Shown piece by piece: positions 11,581-23,276 of a DNA stretch of 64,000 nt (positions are counted from its first letter, which is position 1; the number at the start of each line of letters is the position of its first letter). The position numbers were made by a program, and so were the translations under genes. Origin of the DNA: Sphaerodactylus townsendi (Eukaryota); assembly GCF_021028975.2 (NCBI RefSeq), contig NC_059425.1:55862001-55926000 (forward strand). Reading direction: 5' to 3'. The notes under the pieces were generated by a model. The model ran no database searches and was not told the DNA's origin. It was given only the letters and a program-made list of their open reading frames with translations.

Positions 11581-12773
11581 GTAAGTATTAGTATTTATAC
11601 TTCAGTTTGTTCTTCAGGGAACACCACTGTATACTATGTAAGTTGAAACAGTCTCTTGCCACAACCTTACTACTTTGCTATCCAGGTGAAGGAAATAGCT
11701 GTATCTTCTGTACATTTCTTTTTGCATCCCTGATCCCCAATGGATAGGTTCTGCTCTGGATTCAACATTCTTCCAGTTTCATACATGGCTGTCCAGTTTT
11801 TTTATCTATTTCCTATATGAGATTGATAGGTACACCAGAACACAGTACACCCGCTTTTCCTAATGCTCAGTAGCCAATTGTGGACATGCAGCAGTATCTA
11901 TGCTCAGAGCCTCTCATTCCTCATCAGCTGTTTTGCAGGCCTTCCCAAGCTCCTCACAGCGAGGAGAATTGTCAATGCAACTCCCTCACCAGTACCTTTG
12001 AATAGATCAGTTTTAATTAAAACATTAGAGTGAATGTTGGCTAAACGGTTTTTGTGATGGAATGTGTTTATGAAAGAATTGAATGGGAATATAAACGTGG
12101 CTGTTTGAAACATTATAAAATGTGGAATGCAACATTACCTAAACCCCCTAAAATTTCTCCTCTTGTTTCATTCTTTCCTTTGTGTAACGATAACACTGAG
12201 CAGGTTGATTCAGATCACCTCATGCTTGCAAGTCACATGTGGATGCTTATTCTGATCCCTGTTGGTATAGATGGAAGTACAGAGATCAGCAGCGCCAACT
12301 CAGTTTATTTGAACTAACCCCTTGTTTGTGCAACAGCGTATATGAAGCAAGTGTCTAGTAAAAGAAATAAAAACCAAACAGCACTTCCACAAACAACTGG
12401 CAATGCTGCAAACTGAACTAAAATAACAGCAGCTTAAGCAGCCAACTAAAATACAAAAGTCTTCCTCTGGTATTAGAAGATATTCAGAGAGAGGGAGAAT
12501 ATTTCAAACCCCAGGGGCAGTTCTTTTAAAAAGCTATTTTTGTTTCAATACCCCACCACCTGACATTCAGAAGTGAAGTGAGTAGATGCAAAGAAGAGTG
12601 TGTAGCCTAGGCAGGATACTTGAGGGGAATGGCTTAGTGCTCTGTCATAAAACCAGTTATGGAGGAGGCATGTTGCATATTCAAATGATGGTCTTAAAGC
12701 AGCAAAAGGGATTCTGGAAAATATGATGCCACGGTGTGCTGTTGGTTTAATTCTTATTGGATGTATTTTACAG

Positions 12774-12839
12774 CTGTGTTCTGTACTGGAGGAAGAGATG
12801 GAAATATCATGGTTTGGGACACTCGATGCAATAAGAGAG
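12774..12839 (+). CDS. DTL: DTL coding exon 6
   Basis: AVFCTGGRDGNIMVWDTRCNKR with a WDxR motif. Acceptor TACAG, donor GTATGA, 66 nt. Confidence 0.97.
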
Positions 12840-13254
12840 GTATGAATCTTAACCACTGCTTGTCCCAATTTGATATTTATAATCTTATGAGGCATGAGTT
12901 TTGTGATTCTGTGTGAATCTGAACCTGGGGCATCCTTGTTTGATTTCAACTCTTGTCTTCAGAACACTGACATGATAATCCAACTTGCATATGGTGACTT
13001 ATTTCACGCTGACGAATGAATCGTTTTCAGAATTTTGATCTAACAACAGTCACAAATTGATGAAAGCAGATTAGTGGAAAGGGCCTTTCCTGTAGAATGG
13101 CTGTACATGTTAGCTTGAAAGGGGGAGGGCCCACATGAGTGGCCAGGCAGACTAACTGAAGAACTTGCCTTACAGAACAGTTAAGTTCCTATCTGGAAAG
13201 GACAGCAGTGTAGGAGACAGTCATTCAATACTGCTTTCTGAAACTATCTTTCAG

Positions 13255-13370
13255 ATGGGTTTTACAGACAAGTGAAGCAAATAAGTGGAGCTCATAACCT
13301 AACAGACAAACAGATGCCCTCCAAAATGAAGAAGAAAAAACAGAGTGGGAGAGGACTGGCTCCTTCAGTG
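13255..13370 (+). CDS. DTL: DTL coding exon 7
   Basis: DGFYRQVKQISGAHNLTDKQMPSKMKKKKQSGRGLAPSV. Acceptor TTCAG, donor GTAAGG, 116 nt. Confidence 0.96.
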
Positions 13371-13649
13371 GTAAGGATTTGAAGCTGAAGCCAATTTATG
13401 ATTATCTTCTGCAAAAGGAAATTGATTTTTAAATTTTTCTCTCTCTGCTTCAGTGGCCGTCACAGTAGGGTGAACTCTGCCTTACTTGAATGGAAACTGT
13501 GAAAATAGTAAAATTCTGGAAGAAAATGGATGAGCAAATGTGATCCAGTAAGCCCTTGTGAGCCTACCTGAAAGCAAACCTCAGTGTTGGAGAACTCCAT
13601 TGTGCTTGGCCTTCATTCATTCTAGCAGATTAATTTCTTACCCATCACT

Positions 13650-14560
13650 TTTTTAAAAAATTGTTTTTATCCATATAAAGACACATTAAAAAAATAAGAA
13701 ACTGTAAGAAAAAAAGAATAACTTTTAGGAAAAACATCAAACCATATAAAACACACTAATTTATGTTCAAGATACATACAACTGTATGAACAAAAACAGT
13801 AGGATGGATCTTATGTTCAATAAAATATGAACGTGATGGAAATTTAAGAGAGAGAACCCTCCGTCTTTTTCACCTAATGCTCTAATATTCAATATTGCCC
13901 ACTGGTAGATATCAGATTAACAATTATTTATAGCCTTAACTACTGACATATTAGTAACATATTAATGTACTCATTTAATTTCCCTAACTCTAATTTTTAT
14001 CTCTAGTAGTTGTAGTAGTAGTAGTAGTAGTAGTAGTTTAAGTGATTGATTCTGCAACATACAAAAATACAGTTCCCACTTCTCATTCTGTTTTGACTGT
14101 CTATTTACAAGATTCACTAGTTTAGCCATTGTAGCATACTTTTGCCTTTCCAACTAGTTGCCATTTTTACTCTGGCTACTATTAACAAATACATAGTTCT
14201 TTAAGTCTGGAAAATTCTCAGGAAGAATACTTACTAACATTGTCACTTTCTCATAAGTATTTGCCCACACACATCCTTAAAAACACCCATACGTGACTTA
14301 ATTCAAAGGCAACTTCCTTTTGTTTGCACATGCGTGTGTGCGCACAATGCTTTTCTCTATTAAAAACTTATTATTTATTTCTAGCCTCAAAAGTTAACCC
14401 TACCATACTTCCCTACACTAATTTGCTTTGGTCTTGTATTGAACCTGGTTCATCCTGGTACTCTGTCCTAGCCTCAAACGTAGTCCTTAACAGCAATTTT
14501 GGCTTCCCTTCAGTGGCTGATGTACTTCTTTGAAGAGCAAACTCTTTCCATGCAATCTCA
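13650..14560 (-). mobile_element. Old L1/Tx1-like LINE 3' remnant containing a (TAG)n microsatellite
   Basis: Minus strand has a decayed IVARVKMATSWK...YATMAKL, resembling an L1/Tx1 ORF2 C-terminus. AT-rich tail; (TAG)n at about 14003-14036. Confidence 0.4.
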
Positions 14561-14592
14561 ACTGTCCTCATTGCAGGGGAAATACATGGATT

Positions 14593-14776
14593 AGGGCCTG
14601 TGGCTCAGCGGTAGAGCATCAGCTTGAAATGCAGAAGGTCCCTGGTTCAGTCCCTTGCCACTTCAGTTAAAAGGTTCAGGTCATCGAAAATGTGAAGAAA
14701 TTTTGCCTGGAGAGCCACTGCCAGTCAAAGTACACAATATTGGCCCTGATAGGCCAGCTGTCTCTTTCAGCTTCAT
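14593..14776 (+). mobile_element. tRNA-derived SINE, degenerate
   Basis: A box TGGCTCAGCGG and B-box-like GGTTCAGTCC. Similar copies at about 18490-18655 (+) and 46000-46195 (-). Confidence 0.7.
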
Positions 14777-15085
14777 GGGTTTGATAATATTTTACATTTT
14801 GTACAATAGCTTTGGTGGATAGTTAGTGTGTGGGAGGGATAGTTTGCTTGCAAACACTTGCATTCTTCTCTGTGCCATATTGTATACTGGAATCAGTTAC
14901 ATAAAACAGTTGTGTTTCTTGGTATCTGAGATCATTAAACCACGGTTGATTGTAAATGCATGGTTAGTGAGGAGAGAGATCCCTTGAAGTTGAGAGGGTG
15001 CTCAAGTTGAACGTGCAGTTAAGGAAATCAGTCCTGAAACTCCTTCAAAATGGGTTCATTCTTGTTTATATCCTTTTCCTCTTAG

Positions 15086-15159
15086 GATTTCCAGCAAAGT
15101 GTGACAGTAGTGGTACTTCAAGATCAACATACTTTAATTTCTGCAGGAGCAGTTGATGG
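15086..15159 (+). CDS. DTL: DTL coding exon 8
   Basis: DFQQSVTVVVLQDQHTLISAGAVDG. Acceptor CTTAG, donor GTAAGA, 74 nt. Confidence 0.96.
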
Positions 15160-15422
15160 GTAAGAAGGTGACTTTGCCTTCTTGTTCAGGCTTGCTTGAT
15201 GGAAGGCAATGATGAACACATCAGTTTCCAATTGTTTTCATATCTTGACTAAATTAATCAACTCAAAAGGACTATTAGAGTGCTCCAGCCTTGAAACATG
15301 ACATGTGAACATTTCCAGAGTAGCCTATTGCAGTTGTCCCGGTGTTCCGCTTGCAAAGGGGAGGACTATATCTGTCTAGAAAAAATAACTTCATGAGATC
15401 ACTGGATTTGATCCTCCTAGTA

Positions 15423-16415
15423 CAGTGATGGCGAACCTTTTCGAGACCGAGTGCCCAAATTGCAACCCAAAATCCACTTATTTATCGCAAAGTGCCAACA
15501 CAGCAATTTAATCTGAATACTGAGGTTTTAGTTTAGAAAAAAGGTTGGAGCCAAGGCATGTGTTACTCAGGAGTAAGCTTGGTGAAGCAACCATGCAAAG
15601 CTTTGAAGGAGTGAATCATGACCCTAGGAGGGTTTACTCAGAAGCAAGTCCTATTGCCAGCAACCAAGCCCTATTGCCAGCATCCCAGGTAAAGGATCAT
15701 ACTTTAGTTCTTCCCATGAATATCAATGGGGTTTAACAACGCTTAACAGGGTTACCTACACTGCTTCCCCAAAACTAGGTCTTAGGTTTAATGCTAATAA
15801 TCTCCCTGAAATAATTACACTATTATCACACTGGAGGCCTGGCAGGGAAAGGGTCTGGGGGAAGAGGGGAGTAAAACTTTCGCTTTCTGAAACGGCTTGA
15901 TCTGTGTAGGCGATTGGCAAAAAACTTGGTTCTGAGCGTTTCCCTGGTGTACAGGGGACGGATCCATTTGGATCCACCTTTTTCCCATGTTTTGTTTGTT
16001 CAACCCCTCAAGCAACAGCAGCCAGCCTGCTCCAGCCTCCAACAGGTCCTGTGTGCACCCGCTGCTTTGCCCTGTGCTGCTCCAGCACCTCCACCCCACC
16101 CCTCTGCCTCCGTCCCACCCGCTCGAGCAGGGGCCTGTCTGCTCTAACCTCCAGCAAGTCCCGTGTGCACCGCTCTGCGCCTCTCTAGCATCTCCACTGC
16201 CTCTGCTCCCCCTTGGGCAGCAGCCACCCGGAGCACAGGCACCAGAACCACCAGCCAAGTCCTCCCTGCTTGCTGCGGTGCGCGCACATCCAGCAGCCCA
16301 GGCCAGCCTAGGTGTGTGTGGGGGGGTGATTCCCCCCCAGATGACAAACTCTGTGCCCACAGAGAGGGCTCTGAGTGCCACTTTTGGCACCTGTGCCATA
16401 GGTTTGCCACCACTG
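15423..16415. mobile_element. Non-autonomous hAT-type DNA transposon (long form of the 3521 element)
   Basis: Same TIRs and terminal regions as 3521-3879. Exact 8-bp TSD TCCTAGTA at 15415-15422 and 16416-16423. Confidence 0.92.
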
Positions 16416-17511
16416 TCCTAGTAGAACACACTTCTGTAACTGAAGCATGAGTAGACAACTGCACAAAAGTAACACATACCTTCATGAATAAGCCTGCAGA
16501 AGTATTTGAAGATTGATGAGGCATAATTTGAGAAAAGGACTCTCAGAGGCTACCTCTGTTCATGCAAGTAAACTACACTGTTCTAGTTCTCCATGTTTCA
16601 GGTGGGTCATCTGTTGCTGCTGGCATCATCTTTAGCAGTAGGAAATTTAACCAAGCCTAATTGCAAAATCACATCCATTATTCAGTCCCCATCCTACAAC
16701 ATGTGGTAGAGTGGATGGGGTGGGATAAGCACATTGTGCAGAGCTCCCGATAAACGGGGGCACAGTCTCCCTCTGTCTCAGGCACCCATGCAGAGTCAGG
16801 CAGTGGTGGTGGCTATGGTGTACTTGAACTTTCCTTGTCAGTTGATCACAGGCTGGTAAGTGAATCTAGGACACACAACTTGCCTGAAGCATTATAGGGA
16901 GGGAAGAAGCAATACAGCTGGCTGAGGCAGCGTTTGATTTGTTATGCACACGGCTGTTAGTTTCTGAAGCCTTGCTTGCTTTGCTGTTGAGGAACCCATT
17001 GCAAGTCTATAGTACTGTACCTTATTTTGCCCCTGTCGTCTCTGGCCTTTACCAATTAATTGAAGCTTCTGTCTTCCATCAAAGTTAGGTGTGCAGTCTT
17101 GCACAGATGTAGCAGCCCTATGGAGTACATTGTGCAATCTGTGTAGAAAAATGCTGAGAAGCTGCTTCATGTTCAAATTGTTGAATCAAGTAGAAAGCAT
17201 CAATTTTTTTAATGGGCAGAATTAGCTTAGCTGTCACATCGGATCACATCGCGCTTGTCCTGAAAGGCCAGTGTTTTTACACTGAAGGCCTCACTGCAGT
17301 AGTTCTGAATGTGCTGGATAAGAGCCTGGAATAGCTGATATTTCTCGCCAGCCAATCATTCGCTGTTGTTGATTAGTGGTTTTTAGCATCTCTTTACTAA
17401 AGTCATGTTCTGTTGATTGTTTTGATATAGAATTATGTTCTCCTTTGTGTTTATTGCAAAGGGTAATGTAGTATGGTATTGGATCTGAAACAGTTTGTCT
17501 TTTGGATTAAG

Positions 17512-17615
17512 GGTAATCAAGGTATGGGACCTGCGCAAGAGCTACACCACATATCGGCAGGATCCTGTGCCTTCCAGGTCTTTCAGCTATCCTGGGACCA
17601 GCACTCGTAAACTTG
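17512..17615 (+). CDS. DTL: DTL coding exon 9
   Basis: VIKVWDLRKSYTTYRQDPVPSRSFSYPGTSTRKL with the DDB1-binding WDLR motif. Acceptor TTAAG, donor GTATGT, 104 nt. Confidence 0.95.
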
Positions 17616-17866
17616 GTATGTCTTTATAGCACCCACAAAGAGAGAGAGAGAGAGAAAGTGCCCTGAAGCAGGTCCTATCAGTTATAGCTGTTCCTAGAGA
17701 AAAGGGGCCACTATTGTACTTGCCTTTGTAATCTCTGAATGGGGCTGTCCATGGATATCAGTTGGCTCATAATGTGGTTTCCTATGTTTTTTTGGCAAGA
17801 TTAAATCACAGGGAGTGAACACTTGCTCTGAAAGAGCAGTGGTAGCTCTATTTACTAGTTGAGTAT

Positions 17867-17940
17867 AATTCAAAACTATCTCATGGGAATTCAAAACTAT
17901 CTCATGGGAGTGGAGTTCAAAACTATCTCATGGGAGTGGA
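17867..17940. repeat. Three-unit minisatellite
   Basis: TTCAAAACTATCTCATGGGA(GTGGA) x3. Confidence 0.9.
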
Positions 17941-18678
17941 ACAAACATCTAGGAACCAAAGCCGTGGTTAATGCTGAAGAGGTGAAGACCCTGACAAACT
18001 TTTTTTGTTTTTCTGTCCCCCACCCTGTCTGTCACCTCAGAACTTCACCACTACCCTCCAGTCTCCACATCCTCTGCCTGCTGATTTACTTTGACCAGTA
18101 CTCTAAATTATATGTGTTCGTGATTTCGGTGTCACAAATGGCACAGCTTGCAGGGGTTGGTAGCACTTTTGGGCAGGAGCATCTGGATCCAGTGTACTCG
18201 TATTTACCTCAATCTAGTGTTGCCCTACTACCTGGCTTCCCAGGTCAGCAGAGGCAGAACCACCCTAAGAGGTGTATTTGTATAGAAACTACAGCACTAG
18301 TCCTGTGTCACTCTAAATCCGAAGATTCTAGATCAATCGCATACTGGCAAATATATCTAATTGCTTAAAAAATTGCAGGAAGCCTTGGAAGCAAGCTGTC
18401 TTTTCTGCCATGTAAAGTCCAGGGCAGTGTGCAGTGTATGCCATCATCTGTCATTCTTTTTCTTATTCTGAAACCATTAAAGACTGCCTGAGCAGAAACT
18501 GTGGCTCACTGGTAAAGCACCTATCTTGCATTCAGAAGGTTACTAGTTCTGATCTTGGAACTTCTGGTTAAAGAATGTCATGTAGCACAGGACTGGGGAG
18601 GTTGCAGATGTTTGGAAGGAGTTGCTGTTCTCAGAATCAGAAAAGGCAACTTCATATAAAACTTTATCTCTTTTCTAG

Positions 18679-18783
18679 GTTATTCTAGTCTTGTTTTGGA
18701 CTCTACTGGTACCAGCCTCTTTGCTAATTGCACTGATGACATGATATACATGTTCAATATGTCAAGTCTGAAGGATACTCCAG
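18679..18783 (+). CDS. DTL: DTL coding exon 10
   Basis: GYSSLVLDSTGTSLFANCTDDMIYMFNMSSLKDTP. Acceptor TTCTAG, donor GTAAGG, 105 nt. Confidence 0.96.
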
Positions 18784-21457
18784 GTAAGGATACTGATGGG
18801 AAAGAGTTTATCAGCAACCTATTTTTAATTTTGGGAGTCCTGGTATACACATTGGTGTATGTGTGTATCTTTGTAATTCCTGAAGTATGTAGGTCTACAA
18901 TAGCAATATGTATTTGTAAAATTGCTTCTTCAGTGATAACGTTAGAAGCTTTCGACCTTCACTGATTGTTCTTCACATTCTATTTATCTGTGACTTTAAG
19001 AAATGGTTGCACTTTAAATATAAAGTCTTCATATATATATATTTTGGCCAAGTACACAAATTAAACAGAAACAAAAACTTCTTAGGACATCATCTAGTGC
19101 TGCACCATCAACAAAGTGATGGTGACTTCCTGAAAATGTTTAAGCAAACCCATAACAAGTCTACTGGTAAAATAGTACATAATGGTTACCTTGTCTGAAT
19201 GTCTGGCTTTGTTCCAGGTTGTACTATAGGGACTGGGGGAGGGGTGCTTTTGTTCCTCTTCACACTTGTGTAGCCCTCATTTTGTTCATGTTCTGGGGGT
19301 AAATGTTGGTGACCCCCCTTTAGCCTCATAAGACTTGGGGGTGTCCAGCCATGCAGTCTCTTCTCAGGCCACCAGAGAGCAGCAAACGCTGGGAGGCTCA
19401 CTGAGTTGTTTTGAGAAACTTGCAGGTGTCAATTATACTTCCCTGTATTTGAACTCAAGCTTCTCTCAGTTCTTGGTGGGAGGGGTGTGCTTTTAGAAAT
19501 CTTTTTTTGTTTTGCCTTTTAATAGAAATTGTGCATTCCAGATATCCTTTCTGGTAGCAGTTTTGTGACCTCAGGTGGTTTCTCTCTCTCTCCCCTGGTA
19601 CACTTTCTGCCTCTTAGCCTTCAAGTAGTACTGACTGTATGAGATGGTAGTGTGGATAGCAGGCAATGCTTGCTTCAGTTGTGTACACTTGTTAGTCCAA
19701 AAACTTATTAGCCCACCTGTATATTCCTCTATTTGTGGCTGAAAGTGGGAAACACTTTGTGTAGAGTTTCCCTGCCTGTTTGCTTGGAGGCAAGTCTTGC
19801 TTGCTGTATGTGGGCAAGTTAGTTTAAAAGAATGAAAATGAATTTATGTTCAACTTTAGGACTCTGGTTTAGCAACCAGCATTAACTGTCAGGGCCCATT
19901 CCTGAAATGAAAAAAGATCAGGAAACCTTTGGGCCCAACTTGAAAGGATGAATAACTTTTCCCAAAAGCAAGAAATTTCTGTTTACTTCATGTATCAGAG
20001 GACTCTATGATCACATATTTTTATTAGTTGCTGCTACATCTTGTGGCCTCTGTGCAAAGAATGTTCACAGCTAGCTTCCTTAACAGAGTTGACAGAAGGC
20101 CTTGGTAACACTTTGTGCTAAGTCTGGGAATGTACCTGTTCCACCTCCACAGTCATCTTGGCCTGTTCTGCATCTGTATGCAACTCTACCTGCTGATGAC
20201 TGGCACTTCCCGTGCTCTACATGCCAAGTGTGGCAGCTATTTGGGGCCCTAGTTCCATGGCTTAATATATCAGGTGCTAAGAATGTATTATGGAGGCCTT
20301 AAAAATAGCCAAGTGACCTGTGTCCCTGAGCCTGTGCCCAACCTCCTTAGGAAACAAGATCCTCATGACAGGAAATGAAAGGAGCAGTAGCTTCCTTGTT
20401 GAGCATTCTATCTGCTGAATTCTCAAAGATTTTAAGGAGGTTACTGGAACAGGTGCATGTTAGAGACCAAGAAGCATAGTCAGACTGCTGCAAGAGGTGA
20501 AGAAATAGACTGGAATAAAATTGTTGTATCCTACTGGCCAAACTGGTTGCAACACTGGGAGTTCCAAATTCAAGCAAGGCCCCTGCTACTTTAAAGCCTC
20601 ATTGCAGGGCAAAGTCTGGAATTGCTGGGAATTATCAATCCATGGGGGCAGCAGTAGGTTTTACTTCTGTCCATTGAACAAGCTTTCCATTCCACATAGT
20701 TTCTCTCCCTGCTCTCCAGAGACCCATATATGTATATATGTAATGGAGGATGTGCCTATGATGAAACAGGCCTCTTCTCTTTGCAGTTTTAATTTTGGAT
20801 ACAGATAAGTGGCTAGTGTTTTAGAGGGTTCCATCTTATTAGTAGTAGAAAGGATTATGCAGGTTTGAAAGGTGGTTTGGCAAAGTGATTTGAAATGTCT
20901 CTTATCTTTTTACTGTTCAGTAGAGTATTTCACTTTTCACAGTGGAAGGGAATATGAAACAATACACATTTTCCTTTATTGGAATACCAAGGACAAAAAT
21001 ATTACAACAGCTATTTCTTGTTCTCTTCCAGCTCAGTTCTTGCCTAACTATTCCAAATTGTGTTTAATTTTGAACACAGGATAACTTGGGTGGAATATTT
21101 GGGTGTGAGGGAAATGGCTTTAGTGTAACATATGACCAGCCCAGGCTGTGTTCGACAAGGAATATCTGTTCAATGTGACAGCTACTCTGGTACCTTATAG
21201 ACCCCTTCTTGGAGTCCTGCTTTCTGTCCACTGTCCCTGCCCACATTTGGCCTTTCTCCTATTAAGTTTGCCTCACTAGCAAATGGGAGACGCTTGGGAC
21301 CCTTGAGCAAAAAGGAACATGCGTAAACAACTTGCTTCTGTGAGTATGTGGCCAGGTGAGGAAAGCCTGTATTACTGGCCTTTGTTGTATAGCTGGCTGA
21401 TCCCCACGCTGTGCTGTTAACTGTTTGGCATTGTGCTTTGTTTTTATTGAATCTCAG

Positions 21458-21570
21458 TGTCAGCTTTCGGTGGACATCAGAATTCCAGTTTCTATGTCAA
21501 ATCAGGCATCAGCCCTGATGACCAGTTCTTGATTAGTGGCTCAAGTGACCGGAATGCCTATATCTGGAAG
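21458..21570 (+). CDS. DTL: DTL coding exon 11
   Basis: VSAFGGHQNSSFYVKSGISPDDQFLISGSSDRNAYIWK. Acceptor CTCAG, donor GTATGT, 113 nt. Confidence 0.95.
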
Positions 21571-22281
21571 GTATGTTCATCCAAACAACTCAAAATCTCT
21601 GTGACTCGTCTGTCTTCTACAATGCTGTAGTTTTCCTGTTCACTCTGGGTATGTGTATGAGTGAGTGAGAAAGAATTTCATAGTATCATTGGGATGAGTT
21701 CCTGGCTCGCTGTGCCCAGAGTATACAGCTGTCAAACTTGAATACAAACCCTGAGATAAAGCAGAACTAACTTCCTGCCTCTACCGTTTCTCATCACTCC
21801 TGCGTATTACAAGTTGCTGGTCTTAATCTGATTTTAATGGGCCTTTAAAAATCCCCTTTCAATTCTGTTTATTCAACCAGCTATGACAAGCTGAAAGTTC
21901 TTGCTTCATACTTAACAGCAGCTGCCCATTAACCTGAGTCTAATGGCCAAATTGTTCCCCCCCTCCAAGGCACTTTCCCTAGTTCATAAGCTCTTGTTGC
22001 ATGTGTGTGTTGTTCCCTCTTGTCCTCCCCACTGCTTAGTTTCAGGAGCTAAGGCTTCTGCATTATGCTGATGGTTCAGCCACAAAATTCCTGACTGCTG
22101 CCTGGCAGCTGAGAAGATTCATTGGCATCTTGAGTTGGTGCGTGGGAAATGTAAATGTATCTGGGGGGTTTTCACCAATGGATGTGGTCCAGACTTCAGT
22201 TCAGTTAATCTCATCCGATATAATAAAAACAGCATGAAGTATTTTTTGCAAAAATAAAATACTTTATTAATGACTAGAACT

Positions 22282-22400
22282 ATCTGACAAAGGGAGCTTT
22301 GACTTTCGAAAGCTTATACCCCCCAAATGTGTCTCTTGGGTGCCACTGGATTGAATCTGGCTCTTCTACTGCAGACCAATATGATTACCTTCAGAAACTA
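22282..22400 (+). mobile_element. Degenerate Penelope/Neptune-type fragment with decayed hammerhead core
   Basis: CTGACAAAGGGAGCTTTGACTTTCGAAAGCTTA followed by a GGTGCCACTGGA...CAGACCAA tail. Related tails at about 130-190 and 10570-10650. Confidence 0.5.
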
Positions 22401-22679
22401 GAACAATCCCAGATACTGAATCTAGTCTAAAACAAGAATGGCTGTGTTCTTGATAGCTTATAATGAAACAGCTTCTTCCTCACTTCTGCCCAATTCAGAC
22501 AGCACCTATTCCACAACATCCTTGTGTGTTTACTTGGCACTCTAGGTCTGCAACTTCCAGGTCATTCCTTGGTATTTGCATATTATATTCTAAAATGCAT
22601 ATTCTAAAATGACAGCAAGGGTAATTGAACTCTCTTTCTGAGCCATAATAATAATAATGATGATGATGATGATGAATTA

Positions 22680-23276
22680 TAATGAAGGCCAACAACCAGC
22701 TAAAGATCTGGCAGCTGTGAATTCTACAATAATAATAATAACAACAACAACAACATAAGAACAGCTAAGAACTGGTGGGAACGTTGTCCAGAGAAAGTAA
22801 TGGAAAATGAGAAGGTGAAGATCCTGTGGGACTTTCGAATCCAAACGGACAAAGTGTTGAAACACAGTACACCAGACATCACCGTGATCGAGGACAAGAA
22901 AGTGACCATCATCGACATAGCAGTCCCCGGTGACAGCAGGGTCATTGAAAAAGAACACGAGAAGGTCACTAGATACCGCGATTTGAAAATTGCGCTTCAG
23001 CGTCTATGGCACAAACCAGCTGAGGTCGTCCCAGTGGTAATTGGCATGCTGGGCACCATCCCAAAAACATTAGGGCAGCACTTGAAACATCTTCGAATTG
23101 ACAAAATTAACATTGGTCAAATTCAAAAGGCAGCCCTGCTGGGATCCGCACGAATACTACGCCGATACATTACAACTTCCTAGGCCTCTGGGTGAGGCTC
23201 GAATGGTAATGAAGGCCAACAACCAGCTAAAGATCTGGCAGCTATGAAATCTACAATAATAATAACAACAATAATA
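22680..23276 (+). mobile_element. Tandem 5'-truncated R4/Dong-clade non-LTR retrotransposon ends in a (TAA)n/(TGA)n microsatellite
   Basis: ORF 22800-23183 encodes a restriction-like endonuclease (ILWDFRIQTD...PDI...IDIAVP...EK..RY...VVPVVIG.LG). The 3' tip AATGAAGGCCAACAACCAGCTAAAGATCTGGCAGCT...CTAC(AAT)n occurs twice, at 22681 and 23208. Confidence 0.88.

Noticed and set aside
14593-14665. tRNA gene (also near 18500, 36625, 45580 and 46150)
   Set aside because: A/B boxes run into SINE bodies and no intact cloverleaf is evident.
15815-16524. Several overlapping 95-194 aa ORFs
   Set aside because: They come from the GC-rich low-complexity interior of the non-autonomous hAT element. No transposase motifs.
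17867-17940. CRISPR-like repeat array
   Set aside because: Eukaryotic intron with three adjacent units and no unique spacers. It is a simple minisatellite.
22800-23183. Domesticated nuclease gene nested in DTL
   Set aside because: It is a 5'-truncated R4/Dong ORF end with its 3'UTR and (AAT)n tail. The ATG is an internal Met.
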